Source: a virus (Duplodnaviria; Caudoviricetes). Taken from it: a stretch of DNA of 60,171 nucleotides. The position numbers and the translations under genes were made by a program. Numbering within the stretch: position 1 is the first letter of the stretch; every line of letters begins with the position of its first letter. The notes under the pieces were generated by a model. That model was not told where the DNA came from. It was given only the letters and a program-made list of their open reading frames with translations, and did not search any database. The DNA lies in IMG/VR virus record IMGVR_UViG_3300042887_002054, positions 1 through 60,171 of that record; one strand, 5' to 3'. Below, piece by piece: positions 48,928 through 58,313 of the stretch.

Positions 48928-49527
48928 TTACGCTAATAATGCGTGATATTCTTTAAAATGTTTGATACGATCAGCTAAACCAATTGTACCACCGTTAACA
49001 CGTTTAGTGATAGATGTAACAACTGCATCAGTAGCACCACCATCTGCCATTTTATGTAAACCATTTTTGTTAAAGAACCAAGCGGCAGACAACAATGCAT
49101 ATTTGTCAGCTACTGCTTGAGGATTAGCTGTCATATCTTCATTAATTGATTTACCAAAGGCAGTGTAGTTATCTTTACCTGTTAGTTGAATATAACCACG
49201 ACCACAGAATTTAGCACCATCGCCACTTGCTTCAGGACCATTACCCATTCTACCACCATATACTTTATTAGCGATTTTTTCTGGTTTGCGTTCGTATTGT
49301 TTAGCTAATGCTTCTGTTGGAAAATATTTTTTAAAAATACCCATTAAACCTTTAGCACTATAATTTAAATTTTCTTTTGTTAAACGGAATCCACCACTTT
49401 CATGACCACATTGTGCTAAGAAGTGTGCTAATCGTAATGGAGTATTAATTTGAAACTTTTCCATCACAGCAGGAATCTGTTCAATAACTTTATCAGGAAC
49501 ATGTCCTTTTAATTTTTGTAAATTCAT
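48928..49527 (-). CDS. Glycoside hydrolase family 19 endolysin
   Basis: AHFLAQCGHES, ENLNYS, GRGYIQLTGKDNY and ITKRVNGGTIGLADR motifs. Confidence 0.93.
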   Translation of the reverse strand: MNLQKLKGHVPDKVIEQIPAVMEKFQINTPLRLAHFLAQCGHESGGFRLTKENLNYSAKGLMGIFKKYFPTEALAKQYERKPEKIANKVYGGRMGNGPEASGDGAKFCGRGYIQLTGKDNYTAFGKSINEDMTANPQAVADKYALLSAAWFFNKNGLHKMADGGATDAVVTSITKRVNGGTIGLADRIKHFKEYHALLA

Positions 49528-49538
49528 ATTTTTAATTT

Positions 49539-51362
49539 TTAATAAGTAACAACTCTACCTTGAATATCAGTATCAGGATATCTTACTTCAAATATTGAAG
49601 GATCTGCTGAAGGATATACATTACTATTTCTAGTAGCTCCTGATATGTCGTACCCAAGTGTTGAATATAAAGTTCCAGTAATATCTTGTTTGTTTATTAT
49701 TTCTAATTTAACTACAGATTGTACTCCTTTTACTTGTAAAAGAGTAATCATAATTTCTGAAAGGATAATTGGTTGATTTATTTGCCAATTTTCTATATTA
49801 AAATAATTTTTTAAAGCATTAGAACAATCTTGTAATACAAGTTGATTATTAAATCCTCCTACTATAGTAACATCGAAATTAACTCCTATATTAATATAAA
49901 ATGCATCTCTAATATTAATAGCATCAGTTACCATTCTATATTCATTCAAATATGTAGATAAATTTTCTTTTAATGTTGTTGTTGCTTGAGTTAATTGTTT
50001 TTTATCATTATAAGCTAAAACATACATATCTAAAGACAATGGATTGGAAACTGCTGTTGGAGCTACAGTTTGTTGTGGATTAGAATTTAAATCTTGACTA
50101 ACATATACTTTAGATATACTACCATAATCTGAAGGTAGTGATAATGCTCTTACAATGTAATCATTTTTAGTTACAGCACGTAATTGAGATGAATGAGCAT
50201 ATAAAGCATTATTTCTAATTTCTTCTATCTCATCAGCACTTCTACCACCTGAAGATGGATTTGGATTAGTTGATACTACACTATTTCTAATTGTATCATC
50301 TATAAGACCTGATTTAAAATAAACTCCTGAAATATCAATTGTAGTTAAATCATTAGCAGGTACATTTGAAGTTATACCACCTCCTATTAAATAACGTATA
50401 GTTAACGTTGTGTTTGATGGAGCTAAACCATATTCTTGGGTATAAAATATAGATGTTTGATTATAATTATCTAATAAATTAGATACACCTGGTACTAAAC
50501 CTAATTGAATATTATCTGGGGTTGGGATTATATTATTATCAGACTTATTAGAAACACCTGCTCCAAATTCTAATTGTAAACTATTATCAGATAATAATCT
50601 TGAAACAAATCTACGTGGAGCACGTTTTAGTTTTAATAAATAAGGAACTTGATCAGAATTATATGTTGGGTTAGCTAATTTATCATAAATTGTAGATTGA
50701 GCTAAATATGGAACTTCATACCACAAATTACCATCACTATCAGTTACATCTAAAATTTGTAAAATATTAGTATCAGTAATATTAACAGTAGAAAATTTAG
50801 TTGGATTTTCAAAATTAAAAGTAGTTGATTTAATTTCAGCTGATATAACTGGTACTGATTTTTTTATTAAAAAATTACTAGTATCGTAAAAAGTAATAGT
50901 AGCACTTCCTGTATCACTAAAATCTATTTGTTCAGTAGTTAAAAATTTAGTTCCTGTAGATACTGATGTTAATGGTGTATTTGTAGGAATAATTAATCCA
51001 TAATTAATATCAGGAATAACAGCATCATTTATAATTGTAGAAGGCATTAATTGAAAAATATCAACTGTAGTTGATGATGCATATGATGCTTTAGGACGAT
51101 ATCCTAAGACATAAGACATAGCATATAAATTTTCTTTTTCTTTAGCGTATAATAAATAATTTTCTTGTACTTGATTATCAAGATAAAATGACATTACATC
51201 ACCAACATATGAAGCCATTTCAATAAACATAGCTCCTGGGTTGGCATCTGAAAAATCATTATATGCTGTTGGAAAATATGTTTTAGCATAATTTATTAAA
51301 TTAGCTTTAAAAGCACTAAAATCTTTATTTAAATAAGATATATTTTTATCTTGAGTCATCAT
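49539..51362 (-). CDS. Baseplate wedge protein, T4 gp6-like
   Basis: YLNKDF, YVGDVMSFYLD, LGYRP, LEFGAG and RAVTKNDY motifs. Confidence 0.9.
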   Translation of the reverse strand: MMTQDKNISYLNKDFSAFKANLINYAKTYFPTAYNDFSDANPGAMFIEMASYVGDVMSFYLDNQVQENYLLYAKEKENLYAMSYVLGYRPKASYASSTTVDIFQLMPSTIINDAVIPDINYGLIIPTNTPLTSVSTGTKFLTTEQIDFSDTGSATITFYDTSNFLIKKSVPVISAEIKSTTFNFENPTKFSTVNITDTNILQILDVTDSDGNLWYEVPYLAQSTIYDKLANPTYNSDQVPYLLKLKRAPRRFVSRLLSDNSLQLEFGAGVSNKSDNNIIPTPDNIQLGLVPGVSNLLDNYNQTSIFYTQEYGLAPSNTTLTIRYLIGGGITSNVPANDLTTIDISGVYFKSGLIDDTIRNSVVSTNPNPSSGGRSADEIEEIRNNALYAHSSQLRAVTKNDYIVRALSLPSDYGSISKVYVSQDLNSNPQQTVAPTAVSNPLSLDMYVLAYNDKKQLTQATTTLKENLSTYLNEYRMVTDAINIRDAFYINIGVNFDVTIVGGFNNQLVLQDCSNALKNYFNIENWQINQPIILSEIMITLLQVKGVQSVVKLEIINKQDITGTLYSTLGYDISGATRNSNVYPSADPSIFEVRYPDTDIQGRVVTY

Positions 51363-51772
51363 TATATAAATTGTACAGTTACTTGATCGGGTTCGTTTGA
51401 AATCCTTAAACGATAATTTATAGTTACATTTAAAGTATTATAATCAAAATCATTTTTAATATCTACATTACCTAATTCTACTTCAGGAATAAAAATATTA
51501 ATAGCGTCTATTATCTTAATTCTTAATAATTCTGTACTATCACTAGTCATATTTTCAAATAATGATCTTCTTAAATCAGCGCCAAATTCAGGATTCATTA
51601 TTCTCTCGCCTTTATCCGTTAGTAATAAATTGATCAAATTAGATTTAATTTGTTCTTTAGTACTATATGTTTTATTAAATACACCTCTAGCATTAAAGGG
51701 TAATGATACCCCAATTACAATGTTTTTCTGTAAATCTAACGGATTTACTCGTATTGTTTGAGGTATTGGCAT
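51362..51772 (-). CDS. Baseplate protein, T4 gp25-like
   Basis: QIKSNLINLLLTDKGERIMNPEFG motif. Confidence 0.92.
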   Translation of the reverse strand: MPIPQTIRVNPLDLQKNIVIGVSLPFNARGVFNKTYSTKEQIKSNLINLLLTDKGERIMNPEFGADLRRSLFENMTSDSTELLRIKIIDAINIFIPEVELGNVDIKNDFDYNTLNVTINYRLRISNEPDQVTVQFI

Positions 51773-51773
51773 A

Positions 51774-52139
51774 TTATCCTAAATTTCTTAATCCTGATCT
51801 ATCTTGAGCGGTCATATTGTTAGCGGCATCATTAATAAAAGCTAAATAAGGATTAACAGGTTCACCTGTAACCTCATCAACGGCATTAATTACTTCTAAT
51901 TTAGGCGCAGATGGTTGGAAACCAAATGCTTCACCCATTTGTGCAGCTAGTTGACTACGTACACCCCCAGGCAATGGATTAGTTGGTACATTAGCACTAG
52001 TAAAACTCATTGTTTTACCTTCACGTAATGCTTTTTTTTCTTGTTTAGCCATATGCTCTTCAAGAATATATGGTAATTCTTCATGAATAGCATCAATTAC
52101 TGCTTCCTTAATTAATTTTTTAAATGCTTTAATGTTCAT
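51774..52139 (-). CDS. Hypothetical protein with FKKLIKEAV motif
   Basis: Start at ATG 52139, just after the late motif at 52143-52151. Confidence 0.6.
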   Translation of the reverse strand: MNIKAFKKLIKEAVIDAIHEELPYILEEHMAKQEKKALREGKTMSFTSANVPTNPLPGGVRSQLAAQMGEAFGFQPSAPKLEVINAVDEVTGEPVNPYLAFINDAANNMTAQDRSGLRNLG

Positions 52140-52152
52140 AATTATAAATATT

Positions 52153-53646
52153 TTATCCTTGTAAATTTTGATTATCAATTTGTAATTTTAATTGACTTAT
52201 CAGTTGTTGTGGGTCTAATGTAAATGAATAATCACTTTTTAATTGTTCTACGCCTTTAGTATTAACTGCTACAGCATAATGGCGTTTATTTCCTTTAACT
52301 ACAAATCTAGGATCATCTTCTTTTTTAAGAACAAATGTAAATCCTTTATAATTTCCAATTATACTATTATTATTACTAGGAACAACTCTATTAACAAGAC
52401 CATTTAATGTTGATAAAGAGGAATTATTAAGAGTATCTTGTAACGAAGTTGTGCTTACTTCTGGATTTTGTTTTGCTAATAGGTTTAATAATGTTGTGGA
52501 ATTACGTAATCTATCAGCATATTCACTATCAGATTCATCTGATCTACGATTAATATCAGATATTGGATTTTCACTGGATGATGTAATTTGTGATATGTAA
52601 TCAAATAATTCATTATCATTTAATAAATCTAATGTTTTATCTTCAATTTTTTGATTAATTTCACGTAATTGTCTTTTTAAATCTTCTAATATAGCAATAG
52701 CAGATGTTAGCATTGGTATTAATATAGAAACTGTTATACCTATACCGTCACGAATTTCTTTAGCATTAGACCATTTAATAGTTGCTGGTTTAGCAAGAAT
52801 ACCTAATGGGGATGGTACGGGAATTATATTTAAAATAGCAGTTAATATTCCAAATATTGTTAATATAACGTTTAATGTTTGTAATACTTTTAATATAGCT
52901 CTTATTCTATTTTCTTGTCTATTTATAGTACTAATAGCTCCATTTCTAGCTATTCTAGCTTGGTTTAATTGAGGTAATGTTACTGCGTTATCAATAATTT
53001 CATTTGTTTTATCTACTAATTCTTGAAGTTCAGCACTATTGGCTATAACTTTAATTAATTCTCCTGTTAATAAAGATGCTGTTATTTGTACTAAACCCTT
53101 AAATACATTTTTTAATAACTGTTGGACTTTTTCAGATTTATATAACTTATATAAAGTTTCTCTATTTAATTTTTTTCCAGCAACTTTTCCTTTAAATTGA
53201 ACATAGTCTGTTTTTATTTTTATAAAAGGATCTAGTAAAATTTTTTGTAATCTATCTTGTAATCCTTTTAAATTTTTATCAATTTTTGCTTTTTCTTTTA
53301 AATAATTTTCATTTTCAAAAGCAACAGCAGCTTGATATTCTTCATCTGATAAAGTAGGTGGATTTTCAATTACTCTTCCAAATTCATATGTTGTTGTACC
53401 TATATTTTGTTTTGATAGTTCAAGTAATTTTTTAATATGATTTTTTTCAAATTCAATTTTTCTTAAAATTGTTTTTTGAATTTCATCTTTTAATTTTTGA
53501 ACAATACCTAATGCAGCATTTATAACCTGTTTTTTAGCATTATCAATTAACTGTTGTCCAAAAGATTGTGGATTTTGGATTATTGATAGCGTGTTTGTTA
53601 CACTACTAGGAACTAAAGATGATATGTTGGATTGTAAATCAGCCAT
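52153..53646 (-). CDS. Helical protein with a hydrophobic hairpin (tail-tip/hub associated?)
   Basis: Coiled coils and two hydrophobic segments, next to the gp5-like gene. Confidence 0.55.
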   Translation of the reverse strand: MADLQSNISSLVPSSVTNTLSIIQNPQSFGQQLIDNAKKQVINAALGIVQKLKDEIQKTILRKIEFEKNHIKKLLELSKQNIGTTTYEFGRVIENPPTLSDEEYQAAVAFENENYLKEKAKIDKNLKGLQDRLQKILLDPFIKIKTDYVQFKGKVAGKKLNRETLYKLYKSEKVQQLLKNVFKGLVQITASLLTGELIKVIANSAELQELVDKTNEIIDNAVTLPQLNQARIARNGAISTINRQENRIRAILKVLQTLNVILTIFGILTAILNIIPVPSPLGILAKPATIKWSNAKEIRDGIGITVSILIPMLTSAIAILEDLKRQLREINQKIEDKTLDLLNDNELFDYISQITSSSENPISDINRRSDESDSEYADRLRNSTTLLNLLAKQNPEVSTTSLQDTLNNSSLSTLNGLVNRVVPSNNNSIIGNYKGFTFVLKKEDDPRFVVKGNKRHYAVAVNTKGVEQLKSDYSFTLDPQQLISQLKLQIDNQNLQG

Positions 53647-54881
53647 TATATTGTAAAGGTTGTATTTGATTTTAAAGTTTCAATCTTATCATAAAGAGGT
53701 TTTAATTGAGCTTGTAGAGCTTCAGCTGATCCTTGAACCTTAGCTAGGGGACTACCGCTAGCATTTGTAGATGTTGCTGTAAGGGAAAGTGCAAATGCAT
53801 CTAATGCTGATATTAATGATAATAAAAAATCACCAGTTTTTCCTCCTAATAGTAAAGGTTCAGATGCTGGTGTATCATCGAAACGAGTTCCTAGGATAAT
53901 TTTAGGATTAGGACCTTTAGGAACAGCATCTCCTTTAACATTAATATAAACTCTTCCACCATTTAAATTGATATAATTATTTGTACTAATTTCAACATTA
54001 GTAGAAGCAAATATCATTACTTCATCAAATTTAGAATTTAATACAACTCTTCCAGCAGTTAATATAGCTTGAGAATTTGAATAATCTCCTACACTTTCAG
54101 GAAGAGTAATTGGATTTAAAGGATCTTTAACTTCTACTTTTAAAGGTATAATTTGATTAGATGTTAAATAAAGTGAAGAAGCATCTTCATTAATTTGTTC
54201 GATATAAAATTCTTTATCCTTACTATATTTGTGACCATTAGAAATAATAGTAATAGGATAACCTTCAAGCCCAATATCAGACCATTCATTTCTGTTTGAA
54301 GCTACTCTTACAGTAGTTCCAAAACGAATAGAATTTCCTTTTCTACCTTGTATTATATGATCACCTTCATAATTTAAAATATTTCTTATATTAGCATCTT
54401 CTAAAAAAGTTTTTCCTAATGGAGATTTTGAATTTGCTGTCTGAGAGTTAACTTGACTATCACTCCATAAATTTATAGAATTTATATAGTATTTTTCTGG
54501 TGCTAAAGGTACTAATTGAGATGATGGAGAAGGTAATTCAATTATATATACTAATTCTCCTAATAAAGGGTAATAACAAAATTGAGGAAATAATGGTTTT
54601 GCAGGAGTACATCTATTTAAGAAAGCATCTACATCTAAACTACTTCCAACTATAGGATCAATATTTTTTGATTTATCATAATCTAAATAAAATATAGTTC
54701 CTGGTGCAGAAAATCCTCCTACTCTTTCAAATTGTCTGGGGGTTGGAGTATTATTAGTAGTAACAACACCCATTACCTTGCCTACTTGTAAAGCGGGTGT
54801 TTGTGGAATAGCTGAGGTATTAGATGACTTACTAACACCTGCTGTTTGATTACTTATACCTGTTCTTATTGATAAAGGCAT
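53646..54881 (-). CDS. Baseplate hub/spike protein, gp5-like
   Basis: OB-fold-like YPLLGELVYI, EGDHIIQGRKGNSIRFG and C-terminal EPLLLG motifs. Upstream of gp25 and gp6. Confidence 0.65.
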   Translation of the reverse strand: MPLSIRTGISNQTAGVSKSSNTSAIPQTPALQVGKVMGVVTTNNTPTPRQFERVGGFSAPGTIFYLDYDKSKNIDPIVGSSLDVDAFLNRCTPAKPLFPQFCYYPLLGELVYIIELPSPSSQLVPLAPEKYYINSINLWSDSQVNSQTANSKSPLGKTFLEDANIRNILNYEGDHIIQGRKGNSIRFGTTVRVASNRNEWSDIGLEGYPITIISNGHKYSKDKEFYIEQINEDASSLYLTSNQIIPLKVEVKDPLNPITLPESVGDYSNSQAILTAGRVVLNSKFDEVMIFASTNVEISTNNYINLNGGRVYINVKGDAVPKGPNPKIILGTRFDDTPASEPLLLGGKTGDFLLSLISALDAFALSLTATSTNASGSPLAKVQGSAEALQAQLKPLYDKIETLKSNTTFTI

Positions 54882-55279
54882 TACTTAATAGTTTCGTATT
54901 GTAATTGTTGCTTTTGAGGAGCTTGTTCTAATAATTTCTTACCTTCCTCTTCTATCGCTTTTTGTTCTTCTAATAAAGCAGTTATTTCATCCATATTAAT
55001 TAAATCCTGTCCAGCATTAGCGTTAACAGTTGATGCACGTTGTGCAATAGCTGCCATTTTAATTAATTGTTCATTATTTTTTACATTAACATCAATTAAA
55101 TCTTTAACAGTAGGCATTAACATTACCGCGGAACCCGCGTTAGATGTTGCCATAGGTTTCATAGTATCAATAAATTCACCAATCTGTTTGTCAATATCTT
55201 TATTATTCTTGTGTATTTTCTTAAATAAATCCGATAAGGACATACCGTCAAATACAGTTACATCGTCAAAATTAGCCAT
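54881..55279 (-). CDS. Hypothetical helical protein
   Basis: Late motif at 55294-55302, coupled to the gp5-like gene. Confidence 0.6.
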   Translation of the reverse strand: MANFDDVTVFDGMSLSDLFKKIHKNNKDIDKQIGEFIDTMKPMATSNAGSAVMLMPTVKDLIDVNVKNNEQLIKMAAIAQRASTVNANAGQDLINMDEITALLEEQKAIEEEGKKLLEQAPQKQQLQYETIK

Positions 55280-55308
55280 AAAATGCGTTTACGTATAAAT
55301 ATAAGTAA

Positions 55309-56094
55309 TTAAATCTTTATATATCCGTGATCATAATACTCATTATATAGTCGAGTACGTAATGTATCCAATTTTTTAATAATCTTAGTAATCTGAGGAG
55401 TGGATACATCTGTCATCTCGCGAATATAGATGTATAGAGCCTTTTTATTAAATATTTCTAGTGTTTCACGCTTACGAAATAATTCAATAATAGCATCTGC
55501 TGTCTGAGCATCGTGTTGTTTTGGAAATAATGTGTGTATATGTTTATCAATATACATTATATACTGGTTAATGAATAGATTTGGTGAATGCATTTCATCA
55601 ATAGCATCCATTGATTCATATAGTTGAGTTTTGTCTTCGTCTATATCTTCAACATCAGCTTTTTCTTGTAACTTTTTGTAATTGTTTTCATTGTAAACAA
55701 TAAGGTAACGTTTAGCAATAGTCCCAAAGTAACTAAATGCTTTACCTTTTTCAGCCTTATATAAGTGTAATTTTTCAAGCAAGAAAGTAATAACTTCATG
55801 CTTTAAATCTTCAATAGTATCCGTATCGGTATAGTAAAACTTAAATGTATGGATAATATTTTCAGCTAATTTATAAAAACCGTACTTAATACGTTCATTA
55901 TAAATGCGATTACGCTCAGCCGTATCTTCAGTAATAAGATATTCGACGATAGCGTCCTCAGTATCTTGAGTAAAATAAATTCTTGGTTCTTTTGGTTTAC
56001 GCTTACGAGGTTTACCGCGTTTAGTTAACGCTATCGTTTCATCATCGTCTCCGAATATATCGTAGTCGTAATCTTCTTCATATGGATATGCCAT
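55309..56094 (-). CDS. Late-transcription sigma factor, T4 gp55-like
   Basis: Sigma region-2-like KLAENII...EDLKHE...KGKAFSYFGTIAKRYLI, with a C-terminal HTH-like IREMTDVSTPQITKII. Confidence 0.75.
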   Translation of the reverse strand: MAYPYEEDYDYDIFGDDDETIALTKRGKPRKRKPKEPRIYFTQDTEDAIVEYLITEDTAERNRIYNERIKYGFYKLAENIIHTFKFYYTDTDTIEDLKHEVITFLLEKLHLYKAEKGKAFSYFGTIAKRYLIVYNENNYKKLQEKADVEDIDEDKTQLYESMDAIDEMHSPNLFINQYIMYIDKHIHTLFPKQHDAQTADAIIELFRKRETLEIFNKKALYIYIREMTDVSTPQITKIIKKLDTLRTRLYNEYYDHGYIKI

Positions 56095-56115
56095 GTTATT
56101 ATCTTAGTTTTAATA

Positions 56116-56147
56116 ACAGTATACGAAAGGAAAGTAACGTAACCAAA
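56116..56147 (-). promoter_or_regulatory. Bacteroidota-type promoter of the late sigma gene
   Basis: TTTG-N20-TATACTGT. Confidence 0.62.
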
Positions 56148-56426
56148 CTAGTTTTTACGTGTGTTGAATTGACTTACTAAAGTTTGAATTTCTCTTAAGT
56201 TTTGAAAAAACGTTCCAACTTCATCATCCGCTTGGAATGCACCTTGTAAATCTAATTCTTTTAATCTAGCCTCTCCATCAGCAGCAATAATACCGATAGC
56301 ATCAACATATTCTTGTTGTTGGATAAACGCCTTTTCTAAAGCATTATTACGTCTTATAAGTAAAAAAGCACCAATGATAGCTAATTCAATTAAATGAATT
56401 ATTACTACCCATAAAGCTATTATCAT
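56148..56426 (-). CDS. Small membrane protein
   Basis: N-terminal TM helix and FQADDEVGTFF. Confidence 0.65.
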   Translation of the reverse strand: MIIALWVVIIHLIELAIIGAFLLIRRNNALEKAFIQQQEYVDAIGIIAADGEARLKELDLQGAFQADDEVGTFFQNLREIQTLVSQFNTRKN

Positions 56427-56432
56427 ATTTAA

Positions 56433-56636
56433 TTATCGTTTAGGGGCAAATTGACTTTCAAATTCATCCGGCTCAATAGAAATCATTTCACGGATAGATT
56501 CGATTTGTTCTTTTAATCGTTCAACAGATTCATTCACATCGCTTTGTGAACCTCCTCTATTTACTTGAATTTCAACTCTGTTTACTGTTGTTCCTAGTTG
56601 TACTAATTTATCAAGTACGTTGTTTTTATATCTCAT
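56433..56636 (-). CDS. Hypothetical protein
   Basis: Late motif at 56651-56659 upstream. Confidence 0.6.
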   Translation of the reverse strand: MRYKNNVLDKLVQLGTTVNRVEIQVNRGGSQSDVNESVERLKEQIESIREMISIEPDEFESQFAPKR

Positions 56637-56735
56637 AATATATGTTTATATATAAATATACGGTAATTCCTGTCCCCACAATCCCTGCTACCCTTCACGT
56701 TTCTTCCCATCCACCCGTTCAAACCAACCGTAGGT

Positions 56736-56767
56736 GGAAGTTACGAAAGATTTTTTATACCTCCAAA
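56736..56767 (-). promoter_or_regulatory. Bacteroidota-type promoter upstream of a G-rich non-coding tract
   Basis: TTTG-N20-TAACTTCC. Confidence 0.62.
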
Positions 56768-56786
56768 GAAGAAGAGTAACTTTTGG

Positions 56787-57044
56787 TTACTCTTTATTTC
56801 TAAATGCTTTTAATTCTTCTCGAATCATATTTTTTAAATGCTCTTTGACTGAATTAATTTTTGGAGATTGACTTAAAATAGTATTAATAGTTTTAATTGT
56901 GATTGGATCACTAACAGTAAACTCAAATGTATCATCTAGTTTATTATCTTTAATATCAAAACTATCAACTTGAACTCCGACACGTTCTATTTTATTAAGA
57001 AACGCTGCTTTATCTTCTAATTTTATCTTATAATGTTTTTCCAT
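56787..57044 (-). CDS. Hypothetical protein with C-terminal LKNMIREEL
   Basis: Late motif at 57048-57056. Confidence 0.6.
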   Translation of the reverse strand: MEKHYKIKLEDKAAFLNKIERVGVQVDSFDIKDNKLDDTFEFTVSDPITIKTINTILSQSPKINSVKEHLKNMIREELKAFRNKE

Positions 57045-57120
57045 ATCTATAAATATTAACTTTTAAATTTTCTATTCAAGTTGCTTGTACCTCCACTAAT
57101 CCTACTCTTATACGTATATA

Positions 57121-57378
57121 CTATATATCCAAGTTTTTTAGGTCCTCTAACCAATTGTTTTCGGTCCTATTATCCCATCTTACACCTACACCATCAATAT
57201 ATTTGCGAATATAAGTCGGTCCGGTTTGTGTAATATCACGATAATAAGAAATAACATCCCATTTAGGGTCAAGTGGATCGGGAGTGAGAGTATAAGCATG
57301 AGCTTTCTGACAAACGAATGGATCACTTATATCCAGCAATTCATAATTAGATTGATCGTCACGTGTGATATTTTTCAT
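57121..57378 (-). CDS. Hypothetical protein
   Basis: ATG with an A-rich leader and a promoter-like element at 57398-57429. Confidence 0.55.
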   Translation of the reverse strand: MKNITRDDQSNYELLDISDPFVCQKAHAYTLTPDPLDPKWDVISYYRDITQTGPTYIRKYIDGVGVRWDNRTENNWLEDLKNLDI

Positions 57379-57432
57379 AACTTATTGTTTATACTGGGAA
57401 ATATAGGTAAGAGTCGTGCCGTCACCACGCTA

Positions 57433-57612
57433 TTATATTGAACCCGATACGTGATCTTGTACAATACGTTGCACAACGGCCATATCTGCTACGGCTTTGT
57501 CCCACTCTTCAAGTGTCATGCCGTGTTCACGTGCACGTTCCTCACGTAATTGTCGCGCATGTATTTCAAATGCTTCTTTAGTTAATAGTATTTCGCCTGT
57601 GTACTTTTTCAT
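57433..57612 (-). CDS. Hypothetical protein (59 aa)
   Basis: Start at MKKYTGE, 5 nt after TTTG-N20-TATATTTA. Confidence 0.55.
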   Translation of the reverse strand: MKKYTGEILLTKEAFEIHARQLREERAREHGMTLEEWDKAVADMAVVQRIVQDHVSGSI

Positions 57613-57617
57613 AGTGG

Positions 57618-57649
57618 TAAATATAAATATATATTTTTGCCGACGCAAA
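57618..57649 (-). promoter_or_regulatory. Bacteroidota-type promoter
   Basis: TTTG-N20-TATATTTA. Confidence 0.72.
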
Positions 57650-57930
57650 AAATTGTATTAAAAGAAATTTTGGGATTTTGCAAAGTGGGTGCAAAGGGGT
57701 TATTTTGGAATTTGGGATATGCGTATATACTGTCGGGGTGTAGAGATCGTATTCGTGTTGAGAATATACATAGCTTTGCCTTTTTTTGTGCGCGCCGTCG
57801 ATGGACCGCAATTGGCGTGGGAGCATTCCGCGCACATCCCGCTATCGGGTCGCTATCACCCGCTATCGTCTCGATCTCTACGACCTTTTTGTACAACGCG
57901 CGATGCCGCGCGCCTTTTTGTACGCGCGCA

Positions 57931-58053
57931 CTACTCGTGCATATTTTTGTCGTGCGCGTACTCCTCGGTCACTACCTCACCAATCCTGTATCCCGCGATG
58001 AATACTATTAATACTAATGTTACTTGTAATACTACTTCAATAATTGCTATCAT
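57931..58053 (-). CDS. Small membrane peptide (40 aa)
   Basis: Not in the ORF track: MIAIIEVVLQVTLVLIVFIAGYRIGEVVTEEYAHDKNMHE. Starts 4 nt after the upstream stop. Confidence 0.55.
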   Translation of the reverse strand: MIAIIEVVLQVTLVLIVFIAGYRIGEVVTEEYAHDKNMHE

Positions 58054-58057
58054 GTGT

Positions 58058-58270
58058 TTAATTTTTATTATTATCATCACCCATCCCAAATTCCTTCAGT
58101 ATTGCTATTGCTTCAGTTTTAGTCACCCACCCATTACCGTCTACATCTACTAGGTTACCTACATAGTACATGTCGTTCATGTTCATTAATTCGTTTACTT
58201 GTTTAATCACTTTAGCGTCTGCAATTGCGTCTGCTTGTCTATTTAATTCATTGTACTGTCTTGGAGTCAT
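58058..58270 (-). CDS. Early hypothetical protein
   Basis: Own promoter-like element. Contains an EF-hand-like DVDGNGWVTKTE. Confidence 0.6.
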   Translation of the reverse strand: MTPRQYNELNRQADAIADAKVIKQVNELMNMNDMYYVGNLVDVDGNGWVTKTEAIAILKEFGMGDDNNKN

Positions 58271-58313
58271 ATCTATTAATTGTTTAATTATTTATACCGT
58301 CAATATATGTTTA

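Noticed and set aside
57578-58153. Several overlapping ORFs on both strands in the GC-rich island
   Set aside because: They are explained by stop-codon scarcity in GC-rich DNA. Their Arg/Ala/Cys-rich composition is unlike the other proteins.
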